A stretch of DNA of 64,000 nt. Source: Patescibacteria group bacterium (GTDB taxonomy: Bacteria; Patescibacteriota; Kazan-3B-28; UBA10110). Shown here one piece after another: positions 29,579-39,114 of this stretch. Where the stretch lies: contig JAZDKW010000020.1 of the NCBI GenBank assembly GCA_043802665.1, positions 7,036-71,035 on the forward strand. Reading direction: 5' to 3'. The position numbers and the translations under genes were made by a program. A model generated the notes under the pieces. It worked only from the letters and a program-made list of their open reading frames with translations, had not been told where the DNA came from and did no database searches. Position 1 is the stretch's first letter; each line of letters begins with the position of its first letter.

Positions 29579-30892
29579 CTAACAATTCAGCTTATTTTTC
29601 AGCCAGTCCCCTAACTCGGTAATATTTATCCGGTCTTGCTTCATAGAGTCGCGGTGGCGGATGGTGACAGTTTTGTCATTCAGGGAATCAGAATCTACCG
29701 TGATACAGAAAGGCGTTCCGATCTCGTCCTGGCGGCGATAACGTTTCCCCACTGTGCCGTCTTCGTCATATTCCACAAAGAAATGCGGTTTTAACTCTTC
29801 GTAAATTTCTTTGGCGATCTTGACTAATTCAGCATCTTTTTTTACCAACGGCAGAATGGCGGCTTTAATCGGTGCTAATTTTGGGTGCAGAGATAGCACC
29901 ACTCTTTGTTCGCCCTTAACTTCTTCTTCTTTATAGGCATCCACCAAAAAAGCTAAGGTTGCCCGATCCACTCCGCCGGAAGGTTCTATAACAAATGGTA
30001 ATAGTTTTTCTTTGGTTTCTTCGTCAAAATAAGCAAGATCTTGGCCACTCACTTTTTGGTGTTGAGCCAAGTCGTAATCTCCGCGATTGGCAATCCCTTC
30101 CAATTCCGACCAACCAAACGGGAATTCATATTCTATGTCGCTCACCGCTTTAGCATAATGTGCTAAATCTTTTTTATCATGATCCTGGAACCGCAATTTA
30201 TTTTTAGTAATACCTAAATCGCTGTACCAATCAAACCGAGCCTGCCGCCATTTTTTGAATTCGGCATCGGCATTTTTGGGATAGCAAAAATATTCCAGTT
30301 CAAATTGTTCAAACTCCAGTGTCCGAAAAGTAAAATTACCAGGGGTAATTTCGTTTCTGAAGGCTTTGCCGATCTGGGCTATGCCAAATGGAAGTTTGAC
30401 TCGGGTGCTGTCCAAAACATTTTTGAAATTAGTAAAAATCCCCTGCGCAGTCTCTGGCCGTAAATAAGTTACGCTTTTTTCATCTTCAACTGGCCCAACA
30501 AAAGTTTTGAACATTAATTGAAATTCTTTGGCTTCGGTTAGTTCTCCTTTGCAATTAGGACATTCGTTACTGGTAATATCATCAGCCTTGAAGCGTTGCT
30601 TGCATTTCTTACAATCTATCAATGGATCGTGAAATTCCTTAAGGTGACCAGAAGCTTCCCAGACTTTGGCATTCATTAATATGGAGCTATCCAATCCGAC
30701 AATGTCTGCTCGTTCCTGTACCATTGTGTGCCACCAGGCCTGTTTGACATTATTCTTTAACAAAACTCCGTAGGGCCCATAATCCCACGTGTTGGCAAAA
30801 CCGCCGTAGATTTCGGAATTAGGGTAGATAATCCCACGGCGCTTGCACAATGCAACAATGTCTTTCATTAATTCTGGTTCTTGTTTAATCAT
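29579..30892 (-). CDS. glyQS: Glycine--tRNA ligase, homodimeric type
   Basis: YLRPETAQGIF, FRNEITP, ELEGIANR, GKRYRRQDEIGTPF. Confidence 0.97.
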   Translation of the reverse strand: MIKQEPELMKDIVALCKRRGIIYPNSEIYGGFANTWDYGPYGVLLKNNVKQAWWHTMVQERADIVGLDSSILMNAKVWEASGHLKEFHDPLIDCKKCKQRFKADDITSNECPNCKGELTEAKEFQLMFKTFVGPVEDEKSVTYLRPETAQGIFTNFKNVLDSTRVKLPFGIAQIGKAFRNEITPGNFTFRTLEFEQFELEYFCYPKNADAEFKKWRQARFDWYSDLGITKNKLRFQDHDKKDLAHYAKAVSDIEYEFPFGWSELEGIANRGDYDLAQHQKVSGQDLAYFDEETKEKLLPFVIEPSGGVDRATLAFLVDAYKEEEVKGEQRVVLSLHPKLAPIKAAILPLVKKDAELVKIAKEIYEELKPHFFVEYDEDGTVGKRYRRQDEIGTPFCITVDSDSLNDKTVTIRHRDSMKQDRINITELGDWLKNKLNC

Positions 30893-30905
30893 ATTCTACT
30901 TTTTT

Positions 30906-31148
30906 GTCATTCTGAGCGAAGTCGAAGAATCTACTAGCACAAACCCCGAGATCCCTCCACTCCGGTCGGGATGACAGGAAGGAAATCCTGAATCCCGTCC
31001 TTCGCTCTCCGAGCTTCCGGCCTTCGCCCAAGGGCTACGGCGGACAAGACGGAGGACTGACACAAGTTCCCGCCGTCGCCAATGCTATGGCGGGCAGGCA
31101 GGATGACGGAAAAAGGGGCCTGGATTCCCGATCAGGTCGGGAATGACA
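30906..31148. repeat. Cluster of nested REP-like palindromes
   Basis: GTCATTCTGAGC, three GG(A)ATGAC ends, CCTTCGCC...GGCGG type arms. Confidence 0.75.
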
Positions 31149-31219
31149 GATGAAGTTAAAGATGACACATTGCTGTTGTTATCAGTGAAATCTGTACCCA
31201 ATCAGTGTTATCAGTGGTT

Positions 31220-31666
31220 TTATTCGGAGAGGATGGTTATTTTTAGTTCGCCTTGGAGTTCGGGAGAAAAAACTACTGGCACAGTGTGTTCACCCAATTT
31301 CTTGAGAGGTTTATTTATCCTAACGGCGGCCGGATCAATCCGGCTTTTAGTTTTATCCGAGAGTTCAGCGGCAATGTGATCGGCCCCTACTCCCGCAAAT
31401 AGTCGGCCCAATTTAGAGGCCTTGCGCTGAAAAACAAGATGGATCTTGGGCAATTCGCGAATGATATCCTCCCATTTTTTATGGAGCGTTTCGAATTCCT
31501 TTTTCCGCTTAGCTTCCCGCTTTTTGAGTCGTTCCAGCCTTTCTGGAGTTGCTATCTCGGCTAAACCCCTAAGAACCAGAAAATTCCGAGCGTAACCATC
31601 GGCTACCTCCTTGATATCACCATCGTGGCCCAATCCTGCCACTTCTTTAGTTAGAATAACTTTCAT
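31220..31666 (-). CDS. rplI: 50S ribosomal protein L9
   Basis: [22 protein letters not shown]. Confidence 0.96.
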   Translation of the reverse strand: MKVILTKEVAGLGHDGDIKEVADGYARNFLVLRGLAEIATPERLERLKKREAKRKKEFETLHKKWEDIIRELPKIHLVFQRKASKLGRLFAGVGADHIAAELSDKTKSRIDPAAVRINKPLKKLGEHTVPVVFSPELQGELKITILSE

Positions 31667-31782
31667 CCCGTTAGAAGCAGGAAACCTTTAGGTTCCCGAC
31701 GTTTAATAATAAGATATCTGATAATAAATGGGTTATTGAGTAATTCATAGAATTTGATACTGAATAGAGCACTTCTAACGGG
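31667..31782 (-). repeat. CCCGTTAGA...TCTAACGGG element, copy 2
   Basis: Terminal IR plus internal hairpin; abuts the rplI ATG. Confidence 0.9.
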
Positions 31783-31787
31783 ATGGA

Positions 31788-33002
31788 TCATTTTATTAGT
31801 TTCTTTAGTTCTTCTATAGCCTTATCTAACTGCACATCTGTTGCCTCGTCCTGACCCTCTTCTATTAATATATCAGGCTTAATCCCCCCCTGGCTAATGG
31901 ATTTACCGGAAGGCGTATACCAATGTGCTACTGTAATCCGCAGAGCGGAACCATCTGGCATCTCTTCAATCTCTTGGACACTTCCCTTGCCATAGGTGTT
32001 GGTCCCCACGATTGTCGCTCTCCCATTGTCCTTAAGAGCACCTGCCAAGATCTCTGCCGCCGAGGCACTACCATCATTCACCAAGACAACCACAGGGATA
32101 TCTGATAATTTCCCGGAACCATCAGCATAAAAAGGTGTCACTCGGCCATCTTTGAATCGCTCTTCCACAATCATGCCATCAAACATAAATTCATTGACGA
32201 CCTTAACCCCAACATCCAAAAACCCGCCGGGATTATTGCGCAAATCTAATACTATCCCGGTAACGCCGCCCTTGACTATAGTGCTAACAACATTGCGAAA
32301 CAATTTTTCTGTATCACTGCTAAATTTAGTGATTTCAATAACGGCCAACTGGTCCTCAAAAGAAACTAAAGTAACACTGGGTATTTTAATTAGACCACGA
32401 GTCACCACAAACTCTAACGGATTGGCTTCCCCTTCCCGGCTGATAATCAAAGTAACTTGGCTACCGCGAGCCCCCTGAATGAGCTGTACCGCCCCATCTA
32501 AACCCAAACCGATTGTGATGCGGCCATCAATGGCCATAATCGTATCGCGCGGCTTAATGCCGGCCTTCTGCGCTGGCGAACCTTCCATAGGAGTAATGAC
32601 TACTAACTGGCCATCAATATCATCCATTTCGACACCGATACCTTCATAAATGCCGTTTAAATTAGTAAAGAACTCTTTGCTTTCGGCTGGTGTGCTAAAC
32701 GAAGTGTAATGATCCCCTAAAGAATCTACCGCCCCCTTAATACTGCCATATAACAAATTGAGCTGATCTATATCACCGTAATATTTTTCTTGCAATAAAC
32801 TAATCACGTCCTCATACAAGGAAAAACTGGGGGTGACTTCACGATAGTTGCTGATCTCTTGTTGCCAAGCCGCTAAAAGATTCTGGTTGGTAATGCGATG
32901 ATAATATCCCCGAGTTACTCCCAACCAATAGCCCATCAACAAGGACACTAAAATGCTTAGGATACAAAGCGCGTTACGAGTTTTGTCATCAATTTTAAAC
33001 AT
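31788..33002 (-). CDS. S41 carboxyl-terminal processing protease
   Basis: PDZ domain, LDLRNNPGG, SASAAEI, GKGSVQ. Confidence 0.94.
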   Translation of the reverse strand: MFKIDDKTRNALCILSILVSLLMGYWLGVTRGYYHRITNQNLLAAWQQEISNYREVTPSFSLYEDVISLLQEKYYGDIDQLNLLYGSIKGAVDSLGDHYTSFSTPAESKEFFTNLNGIYEGIGVEMDDIDGQLVVITPMEGSPAQKAGIKPRDTIMAIDGRITIGLGLDGAVQLIQGARGSQVTLIISREGEANPLEFVVTRGLIKIPSVTLVSFEDQLAVIEITKFSSDTEKLFRNVVSTIVKGGVTGIVLDLRNNPGGFLDVGVKVVNEFMFDGMIVEERFKDGRVTPFYADGSGKLSDIPVVVLVNDGSASAAEILAGALKDNGRATIVGTNTYGKGSVQEIEEMPDGSALRITVAHWYTPSGKSISQGGIKPDILIEEGQDEATDVQLDKAIEELKKLIK

Positions 33003-33006
33003 AACC

Positions 33007-34167
33007 TTAACTTATCAGATAAGCCAGGGGATTACGCAATACCCCTTCATACCACACCTCAAAATGTAGGTGCGGCCCGGTGGTGAGCCAGCCTGCACCA
33101 GGAGTGCCGGGAGTACCGCCGCTATATCCAATTACTTGGCCTAAACTCACTCTGGCTCCATTGCCTACTGCGAACCCGGATAAATGCATATAAACTGTAG
33201 CTAAGCCATTGTCATGATTAATCACTAAGTAACTCAGGCCTTTGGCCCCACCGTTCACTATTTTAGTTACCGTTCCACTAGCAGGTGCAGTTATCGGCGT
33301 ACCTTGGGGACAAGCAATATCCATGCCCGTATGTTGCAGGCCAAATCGTTTAAAGTAATCAGGATCGCGAAAAGTAGCAGTGATAGTTCGATACGGAATC
33401 GGCCACATTAAGGTCAAAGGCCCCACCGGATGAGTGGAAGGGGTCTGCCGTATTAAAGTGGCAACGGCATCCTCGACGGCCACTGCCTCTGCTTTGGATT
33501 CGGCTAATTTTCCCTGATATTCCGTTTCGCTTAATTTAAGATCCTTCATAATCTTATTTTTGGCGTCAACTTGAATACCCAAACTTTGTTCTTCTATTGT
33601 TCTTTGTTGACGGATATCTAACAAACGTTCGTTTTTATCTTCCAGAAAAGCTTTTTTGGAAGATAGTGATTCTTGGATTCCCTTCAAAGCCTGCAGATTA
33701 GTAGTGATTTTGTTTTGGATATAGTTAATATATTCCATCCGAATCCAGAAATCGGCTATGCTATTAGAACCCAAAACAATCTCGATTAAATTATTTTGGC
33801 TATATATATAAGAAGCGCGGATGGCCTGTTTAAGATCTATGCGCCGAGCCAAAGCCTGTTCCTCCAAATCTACTAAATCGTGATTGATAGTATTTTTTTC
33901 TATACCGATAGTAACAACCTCAGCATCAATAGCTTCTAAAGCCAATTGAGCCGTAGTGATTTGTTGGTCAAGCAACTTAACCTGATTGTCCAAAGTAAGC
34001 GTTTGTTTGCGAATATTGGATAATGTTTCTTCCTGCTGAGTAATTTTTTTTTGGATATCTTTTAGCTCTTGCTGTTTATCGGACAATAAATCGGCCCGGG
34101 CTGGGCTGTTTGTCAATATTAATCCAGCTATTAATGCTATGTTGAGTCCAAAAAGTATTTTTTTCAT
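33007..34167 (-). CDS. Coiled-coil M23 peptidase (EnvC-like FtsEX partner)
   Basis: Signal peptide, long coiled coil, HTGMD, YMHLS, GPHLHFEV. Confidence 0.9.
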   Translation of the reverse strand: MKKILFGLNIALIAGLILTNSPARADLLSDKQQELKDIQKKITQQEETLSNIRKQTLTLDNQVKLLDQQITTAQLALEAIDAEVVTIGIEKNTINHDLVDLEEQALARRIDLKQAIRASYIYSQNNLIEIVLGSNSIADFWIRMEYINYIQNKITTNLQALKGIQESLSSKKAFLEDKNERLLDIRQQRTIEEQSLGIQVDAKNKIMKDLKLSETEYQGKLAESKAEAVAVEDAVATLIRQTPSTHPVGPLTLMWPIPYRTITATFRDPDYFKRFGLQHTGMDIACPQGTPITAPASGTVTKIVNGGAKGLSYLVINHDNGLATVYMHLSGFAVGNGARVSLGQVIGYSGGTPGTPGAGWLTTGPHLHFEVWYEGVLRNPLAYLIS

Positions 34168-34286
34168 CCCGTTAGAAGCAGGAAACGCCTTCGTTTCCGT
34201 CGTTTAAAGATAAAGTGGTTAATTGGTTAGTCATGGCACAAGGCATAGCTTTTATTAAGTTGGAATCCTTTGCTGCTTCTAACGGG
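34168..34286 (-). repeat. CCCGTTAGA...TCTAACGGG element, copy 3
   Basis: 14-bp terminal IR plus internal hairpin; abuts the M23 gene ATG. Confidence 0.9.
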
Positions 34287-34288
34287 AC

Positions 34289-35206
34289 TCATATTCTTAG
34301 ATATCGCCGGGTAGATAAGTAACTGCTGATGGCTCCTACTGATACTCCGAAAAACAACTGAACAACAAAAAGCTTCACTGCGAAAACATAATCAAAAATA
34401 TTGTGAGCACCGACCAAGGTCTGTAATGACCAGTACTGTTCGCCCAATAATAATATTATTCCTTGATACACACCCAGGGTAAGCAAAAAAGCTAACACCG
34501 CTCCCAATAATCCGTAAATTACTCCTTCTAAGATGAGCGGCCACCGAATATACCAATCGGTAGCTCCAACCAGCTTCATAATTTCTATCTCCTCTTTATG
34601 GGTAAAGATAGTGATACGGATAGTATTAAAAATAATCAGCAGGGCGATAATAATCAAAATCAAACTTAGTGCTAAATTGCCCCAAGCCAAAAACCAATTG
34701 AACTTGCGCAATTTATCTACAACGACCTGATTATTTTCTAAACTGGTTTTGGTGACAATGTGATTGGTATCTTGATCCTTCACCCGCTGCACCACCGTTT
34801 CCAAGAGGTTCGCATCGGTTACTTCAATCTGTAAACTCACAGGGAAAAAGCTACTGTCATCCCCGACAATATCTAAGAGAGCCTGATCGTGCTGACTACT
34901 GGTAGTATATCTCTCCAAAGCTTGTTCGCGTGAAATAAATTGGACATCTTTAACTCCTTTTAGATATTCAATCTTGTCCTGGAAAGCTAAAACATCGCTA
35001 TCCGGAACATAATCTTCAAAGAATACAGCCACATTAATCTGTTCGTTAAGGGCCTGAATAGCCTTATTAACTCCCAAATTAACCGTCAGGAAAATTCCCA
35101 CTAAAAGCAAAACCTGCATCATAATAAAGATCGCCACGAGACTTAACCAACCGTTGCGCCAAAAACCATGCCAAGCCGTTTTTATAATGCGTAAAAATAT
35201 TTGCAT
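34289..35206 (-). CDS. ftsX: Cell division permease FtsX
   Basis: NTIRITI..EIEIMKLVGAT..IRWP..LEG. Confidence 0.94.
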   Translation of the reverse strand: MQIFLRIIKTAWHGFWRNGWLSLVAIFIMMQVLLLVGIFLTVNLGVNKAIQALNEQINVAVFFEDYVPDSDVLAFQDKIEYLKGVKDVQFISREQALERYTTSSQHDQALLDIVGDDSSFFPVSLQIEVTDANLLETVVQRVKDQDTNHIVTKTSLENNQVVVDKLRKFNWFLAWGNLALSLILIIIALLIIFNTIRITIFTHKEEIEIMKLVGATDWYIRWPLILEGVIYGLLGAVLAFLLTLGVYQGIILLLGEQYWSLQTLVGAHNIFDYVFAVKLFVVQLFFGVSVGAISSYLSTRRYLRI

Positions 35207-35217
35207 TGATTGGGTAA

Positions 35218-35898
35218 TTAATTTAACCGATATTTTCCGTGCCTTTTGTCGCTAACCAACTTTCCATCCTTTAAAGAAACTACTCGTTTTCCAATTGAAT
35301 CAACAATCTCCCGATTGTGAGTAGCCAAAATTACTGTTGTGCCTAAGCGATTGATTTTTATCAACAATTGCGCGATCTCCCACGCATTGTGAGGGTCCAG
35401 ATTCCCAGTCGGTTCATCTGCAATTAATAACCGAGGATGGAGCACTAAGGCACGGGCGATCGCTACTCGCTGAGCCTCTCCTCCCGATAGTTCATGCGGA
35501 AAATTATCGGCCTTGTTTTTAAGACCTACTAAATCTAATATCTTCATTGTCTCGGTCCGAATAGCCTCGTCCGAAGCCCCCGTAACCTCTAAAGCAAAAG
35601 CTACATTTTCATATACTGTTTTATTGGGCAATAACTTAAAATCTTGATAAACTACGCCAATCTGTCTCCGATAATAAGGAATGTATGCCTTGCTCAACAA
35701 GTGAATGTCCTTTCCGTCAATAGTGATTTGACCAAAAGTGGGCTGTTCCTCACAAGTCAGCAAACGGATGATAGTCGATTTGCCCGCTCCCGATGGCCCC
35801 ACCAAGCTGATGAACTCTCGCGGCAGAATGGTAAAACTAACCCCGTCTAAGGCTCGGACCGTCCCATAATGTTTGGTTACCCGATTTAATTGAATCAT
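35218..35898 (-). CDS. ftsE: Cell division ATP-binding protein FtsE
   Basis: [29 protein letters not shown]; upstream of ftsX. Confidence 0.95.
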   Translation of the reverse strand: MIQLNRVTKHYGTVRALDGVSFTILPREFISLVGPSGAGKSTIIRLLTCEEQPTFGQITIDGKDIHLLSKAYIPYYRRQIGVVYQDFKLLPNKTVYENVAFALEVTGASDEAIRTETMKILDLVGLKNKADNFPHELSGGEAQRVAIARALVLHPRLLIADEPTGNLDPHNAWEIAQLLIKINRLGTTVILATHNREIVDSIGKRVVSLKDGKLVSDKRHGKYRLN

Positions 35899-35946
35899 AA
35901 TTTATTATCCTGAGCGTAGTCGAAGGACTTCATTTTTATTATATGC

Positions 35947-37045
35947 TTACTTCAACCTATCTTTAAGATTTAAGGTAACACTATTAATTATTTCGTCTAA
36001 ATTACCCTCTTCCAACACCTCTTTAACCCGGGTGGTAACAAAACCACTACGATGATCTTTAATTTGATGGTATGGGTGCAGTACATAAGAACGAATTTGT
36101 TGGCCAAAATCGCCTGACTCCCCTGCGCCTTTCAGGCCCCGCTCTTCATTCTCGCGTTCTTGTTCCTTCAACAAATAGACACGGTGCTTTAGGACACGCA
36201 TAGCGATTTCCTTGTTTTGCGCTTGTGATCGTTCGCCCTGTGCTGATGCGGATAATTTAGTGGGTAAATGAGTAATGCGCACAGCCGAATCAGTGGTATT
36301 GACTGACTGACCACCGTGTCCGGAAGAACGGAAAACATCAATGCGCAGATCTTTAGCTGGCAGTTCGGCTTCGACGATCTCCCCTAAATCCGGGATAACT
36401 TCTATCAAAGCAAATGAGGTCTGCCGCAAATTCTGGGCGTTAAATGGCGACAACCGAATCAGCCGATGGACACCTTTCTCCGCCTTTAGCAGGCCGTAAG
36501 CTAAATCACCTTCTATTTTGATGGTAGCGCTTTTAATACCCGCTTCCCCACCGGCGGTTTTTTCAATTAACGTAGTGCGCCACCCTCTCCGAGCCGCATA
36601 TTTTGTATACATTCTGAGGAGCATCTCTGTCCAATCGGCGGCATCTACTCCTCCTGTCCCGCTATGTAAAAAGAGGTACGCATCGCGCCGGTCGTAGGGA
36701 CCGTTCAGTACCGTCTGCCGCTCCAATTCATCTAATCTCTTTTGTACTTTATCCAGCAGAACCACTGCCGCTTCATCAGTACTGGTAAAATCCTCATCTT
36801 TCATTACAGCGGATAGACCCCCCAGTTGGCTGTCTAAATCACTGATTTCATCAATCAGTTTTTTATTCCGCTCAAATTCAATAGTTAGCTCTTTGGCTTT
36901 CGCTGGGTCTTGCCAAAAAGCTGGTTCGCTCATTTGTTCAGCAATCGATTTGTTTTTTATAGATAGACCCGCCGGGTCAAAGATACCTCCGCAATCTATC
37001 CAACTGATCCACTGCCTCTTCCGCTGACAATTTTAATTCCTTCAT
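35947..37045 (-). CDS. prfB: Peptide chain release factor 2 with programmed +1 frameshift
   Basis: ORF0 37045-36980 (MKELKLSAEEAVDQLDRLRRYL) ends in GGAGG-TAT-CTT-TGA-C; the +1 frame carries SPF and GGQ. Confidence 0.96.
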
Positions 37046-37160
37046 CCCGTTAGAAGCAGGGAGCCCAGGGCTCCCGACTGGTTAACAATATAGTATCTGA
37101 TAATAAATTAATAATTAAATAATCCATAGGTTTTATACGTAATGATGTGTTTCTAACGGG
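37046..37160 (-). repeat. CCCGTTAGA...TCTAACGGG element, copy 4
   Basis: Terminal IR plus GGGAGCC/GGCTCCC hairpin; abuts the prfB ATG. Confidence 0.9.
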
Positions 37161-37165
37161 ATAAA

Positions 37166-37678
37166 TTATTTTGGATTTAATACTGTAAAAAGTTGTCGAT
37201 TTTGGATTGCAGGTGTTTTTTCTAAACTATAAGTTTGTTGTAACATCCCCAAAAATTTGTCTAGGACCCGTTGACCTAATTCTGGGTGAGTGATTTGACG
37301 CCCTTTGAAACGAACCACCACCTTTACCTTATGCTGTTTGGCGAGAAACTGATCGACTTTTTTAGCTTTAACTATCAGATCATGATCGTCAATCCCGAGG
37401 CTAAGCCGCATTTCTTTTTCTTCACGGTTTTTTTGTCGCTTACGTTGTTGTGCTTGAGATTTCTCCTGTTCGTATTGATATTTACCGTAGTCAATAATTT
37501 TACAAACTGGAGGCCGTTGGTTAGCTACAACTTCGACAAGATCCAAGCCAACTTCTTTAGCTTGTTGTAGTGCTTGAGAAGTGGCAATTATTCCTACCCG
37601 TTGTCCATTCTCGTCGATTAATAGGACTTGAGGTAGGCGGATTTGTTCATTGATGCGCAAACGTGATTGTGAGGTCAT
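37166..37678 (-). CDS. infC: Translation initiation factor IF-3
   Basis: INEQIR, LDLVEV..PPVCKIIDYGKY, RFKGRQ. Confidence 0.96.
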   Translation of the reverse strand: MTSQSRLRINEQIRLPQVLLIDENGQRVGIIATSQALQQAKEVGLDLVEVVANQRPPVCKIIDYGKYQYEQEKSQAQQRKRQKNREEKEMRLSLGIDDHDLIVKAKKVDQFLAKQHKVKVVVRFKGRQITHPELGQRVLDKFLGMLQQTYSLEKTPAIQNRQLFTVLNPK

Positions 37679-37730
37679 ATGAAGTATATATAGACACTAT
37701 CATAAGAGGTAGCTAGCGTCAACAAACTTG

Positions 37731-38531
37731 CTAGCTGGTCTGGTTAGGTGATTTAGAGGAAGTTAGGACAGTAATGGTTTTACCGATGGCATGGATCTTG
37801 ACAGGAGTATGAGCCACCGTATCATTGCCAGATATTATAGGCATATTTAAACTGCTCTCAATTTCTATATGATTTGCCCGAAATATACTTTTTTCAGGGC
37901 TCTTTTCGTTACAGGTATTAAGATAGATTTTCATCTTCTTGCCAAATTCATCTTGAAAATAAATGGCCATAGTATGTAATTGGCATTTGATGACAAATTC
38001 GTTGTCTATTTTTATTGTACAAGCAACATGGTGTTCTTCCTTGGGGATTGCTCTAGTATTGGCCCCGATGAAGTTGCGCAATAGGCTTTTCTTTTCGAAG
38101 AGATTAGCTAACAGGGTGCGTTTTGGGCTAATCAAAAGTGACCCCGCAAAATATCTTTCCCCAATTTTACCCAGACGTAGTTGTTTCTTTTTGTGTTGAG
38201 CTAATATTTTAATCCCAGTTTTCCAATCCCGAGCGCCCAGTGTATTAGCCAGCAGGTTGGCTTTGCTAATAGGAATAATAGCTAAAGGCAAATTGCGGTA
38301 ATCTGCCAAAGCATCAATCACAGCATTAACAGTACCATTGCCTCCCACTGCCACCACTGCCTTTAAACTAGTTTTGGCATGTTGTTTAATTAAATCTTCT
38401 ACATTAGCTAAATCGTCGATGATAACTATTTTATATTTAATATCCAACTTATTGAGTAAGCTGGTAAAAGGTCGTTCAATTCGACGGTAGCGCTGATTTC
38501 CTGCTTTGGGGTTGACTAGAAGAAGGTACAT
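37731..38531 (-). CDS. Diacylglycerol kinase family protein, possibly degenerate
   Basis: VNPKAG, AVGGNGTVNAV (N replaces the canonical D), LAIIP..AN. Confidence 0.75.
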   Translation of the reverse strand: MYLLLVNPKAGNQRYRRIERPFTSLLNKLDIKYKIVIIDDLANVEDLIKQHAKTSLKAVVAVGGNGTVNAVIDALADYRNLPLAIIPISKANLLANTLGARDWKTGIKILAQHKKKQLRLGKIGERYFAGSLLISPKRTLLANLFEKKSLLRNFIGANTRAIPKEEHHVACTIKIDNEFVIKCQLHTMAIYFQDEFGKKMKIYLNTCNEKSPEKSIFRANHIEIESSLNMPIISGNDTVAHTPVKIHAIGKTITVLTSSKSPNQTS

Positions 38532-38532
38532 T

Positions 38533-38943
38533 TTAATCTAGTTTTTCCTCTTCTACTTCGAAAGTTGGTTTAGCTGTTGGCGTGTCTTCGGATACATTTT
38601 GCATCTGACTGCTACCTTTTAGAATGCCCCCGGGTTCAATTGATAAAGCTTGGCTAGTAACATCACCCATAACTCTTCCAGTTTCAAGAATTTGTAATTT
38701 TGCTTGAGCTTTGATGTCTCCATCAACCTCGCCACTCACATAAACATTTTTGGCATCAATTTCTGCTTTGACTTTACCATGTTCTCCCACAATCAAATCT
38801 CCGGAAATTTCAATTTCGCCAGTAAACTGTCCATTAATTTGTACATCACCTTCTCCTTTTAACTCGCCTTCTACAACAACCTCTTTGCCGATCAAAGTAT
38901 CGAGATGTTCGGAGTCAGCAAAATCTTTGCGATCTTTTGCCAT
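38533..38943 (-). CDS. Bactofilin (polymer-forming cytoskeletal protein)
   Basis: TLIG..VEGEL..INGQFTGEI..VSGEVDGDI..GRVMGDV..IEPGG. Confidence 0.92.
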   Translation of the reverse strand: MAKDRKDFADSEHLDTLIGKEVVVEGELKGEGDVQINGQFTGEIEISGDLIVGEHGKVKAEIDAKNVYVSGEVDGDIKAQAKLQILETGRVMGDVTSQALSIEPGGILKGSSQMQNVSEDTPTAKPTFEVEEEKLD

Positions 38944-39114
38944 TAATTGATTTTAAATACCACAAATATTATATGTGTTAATCCAAAGTTCGTAAAGATA
39001 AACTATTTTTTAAATAATGATCAAAAATGGCTCTGAGATTGACATATTTGACCATAATCTGCATAGGGGGTATAATCTAACTTCTGCTCAAATCTCTTAA
39101 TCTTTAGATTAAAT

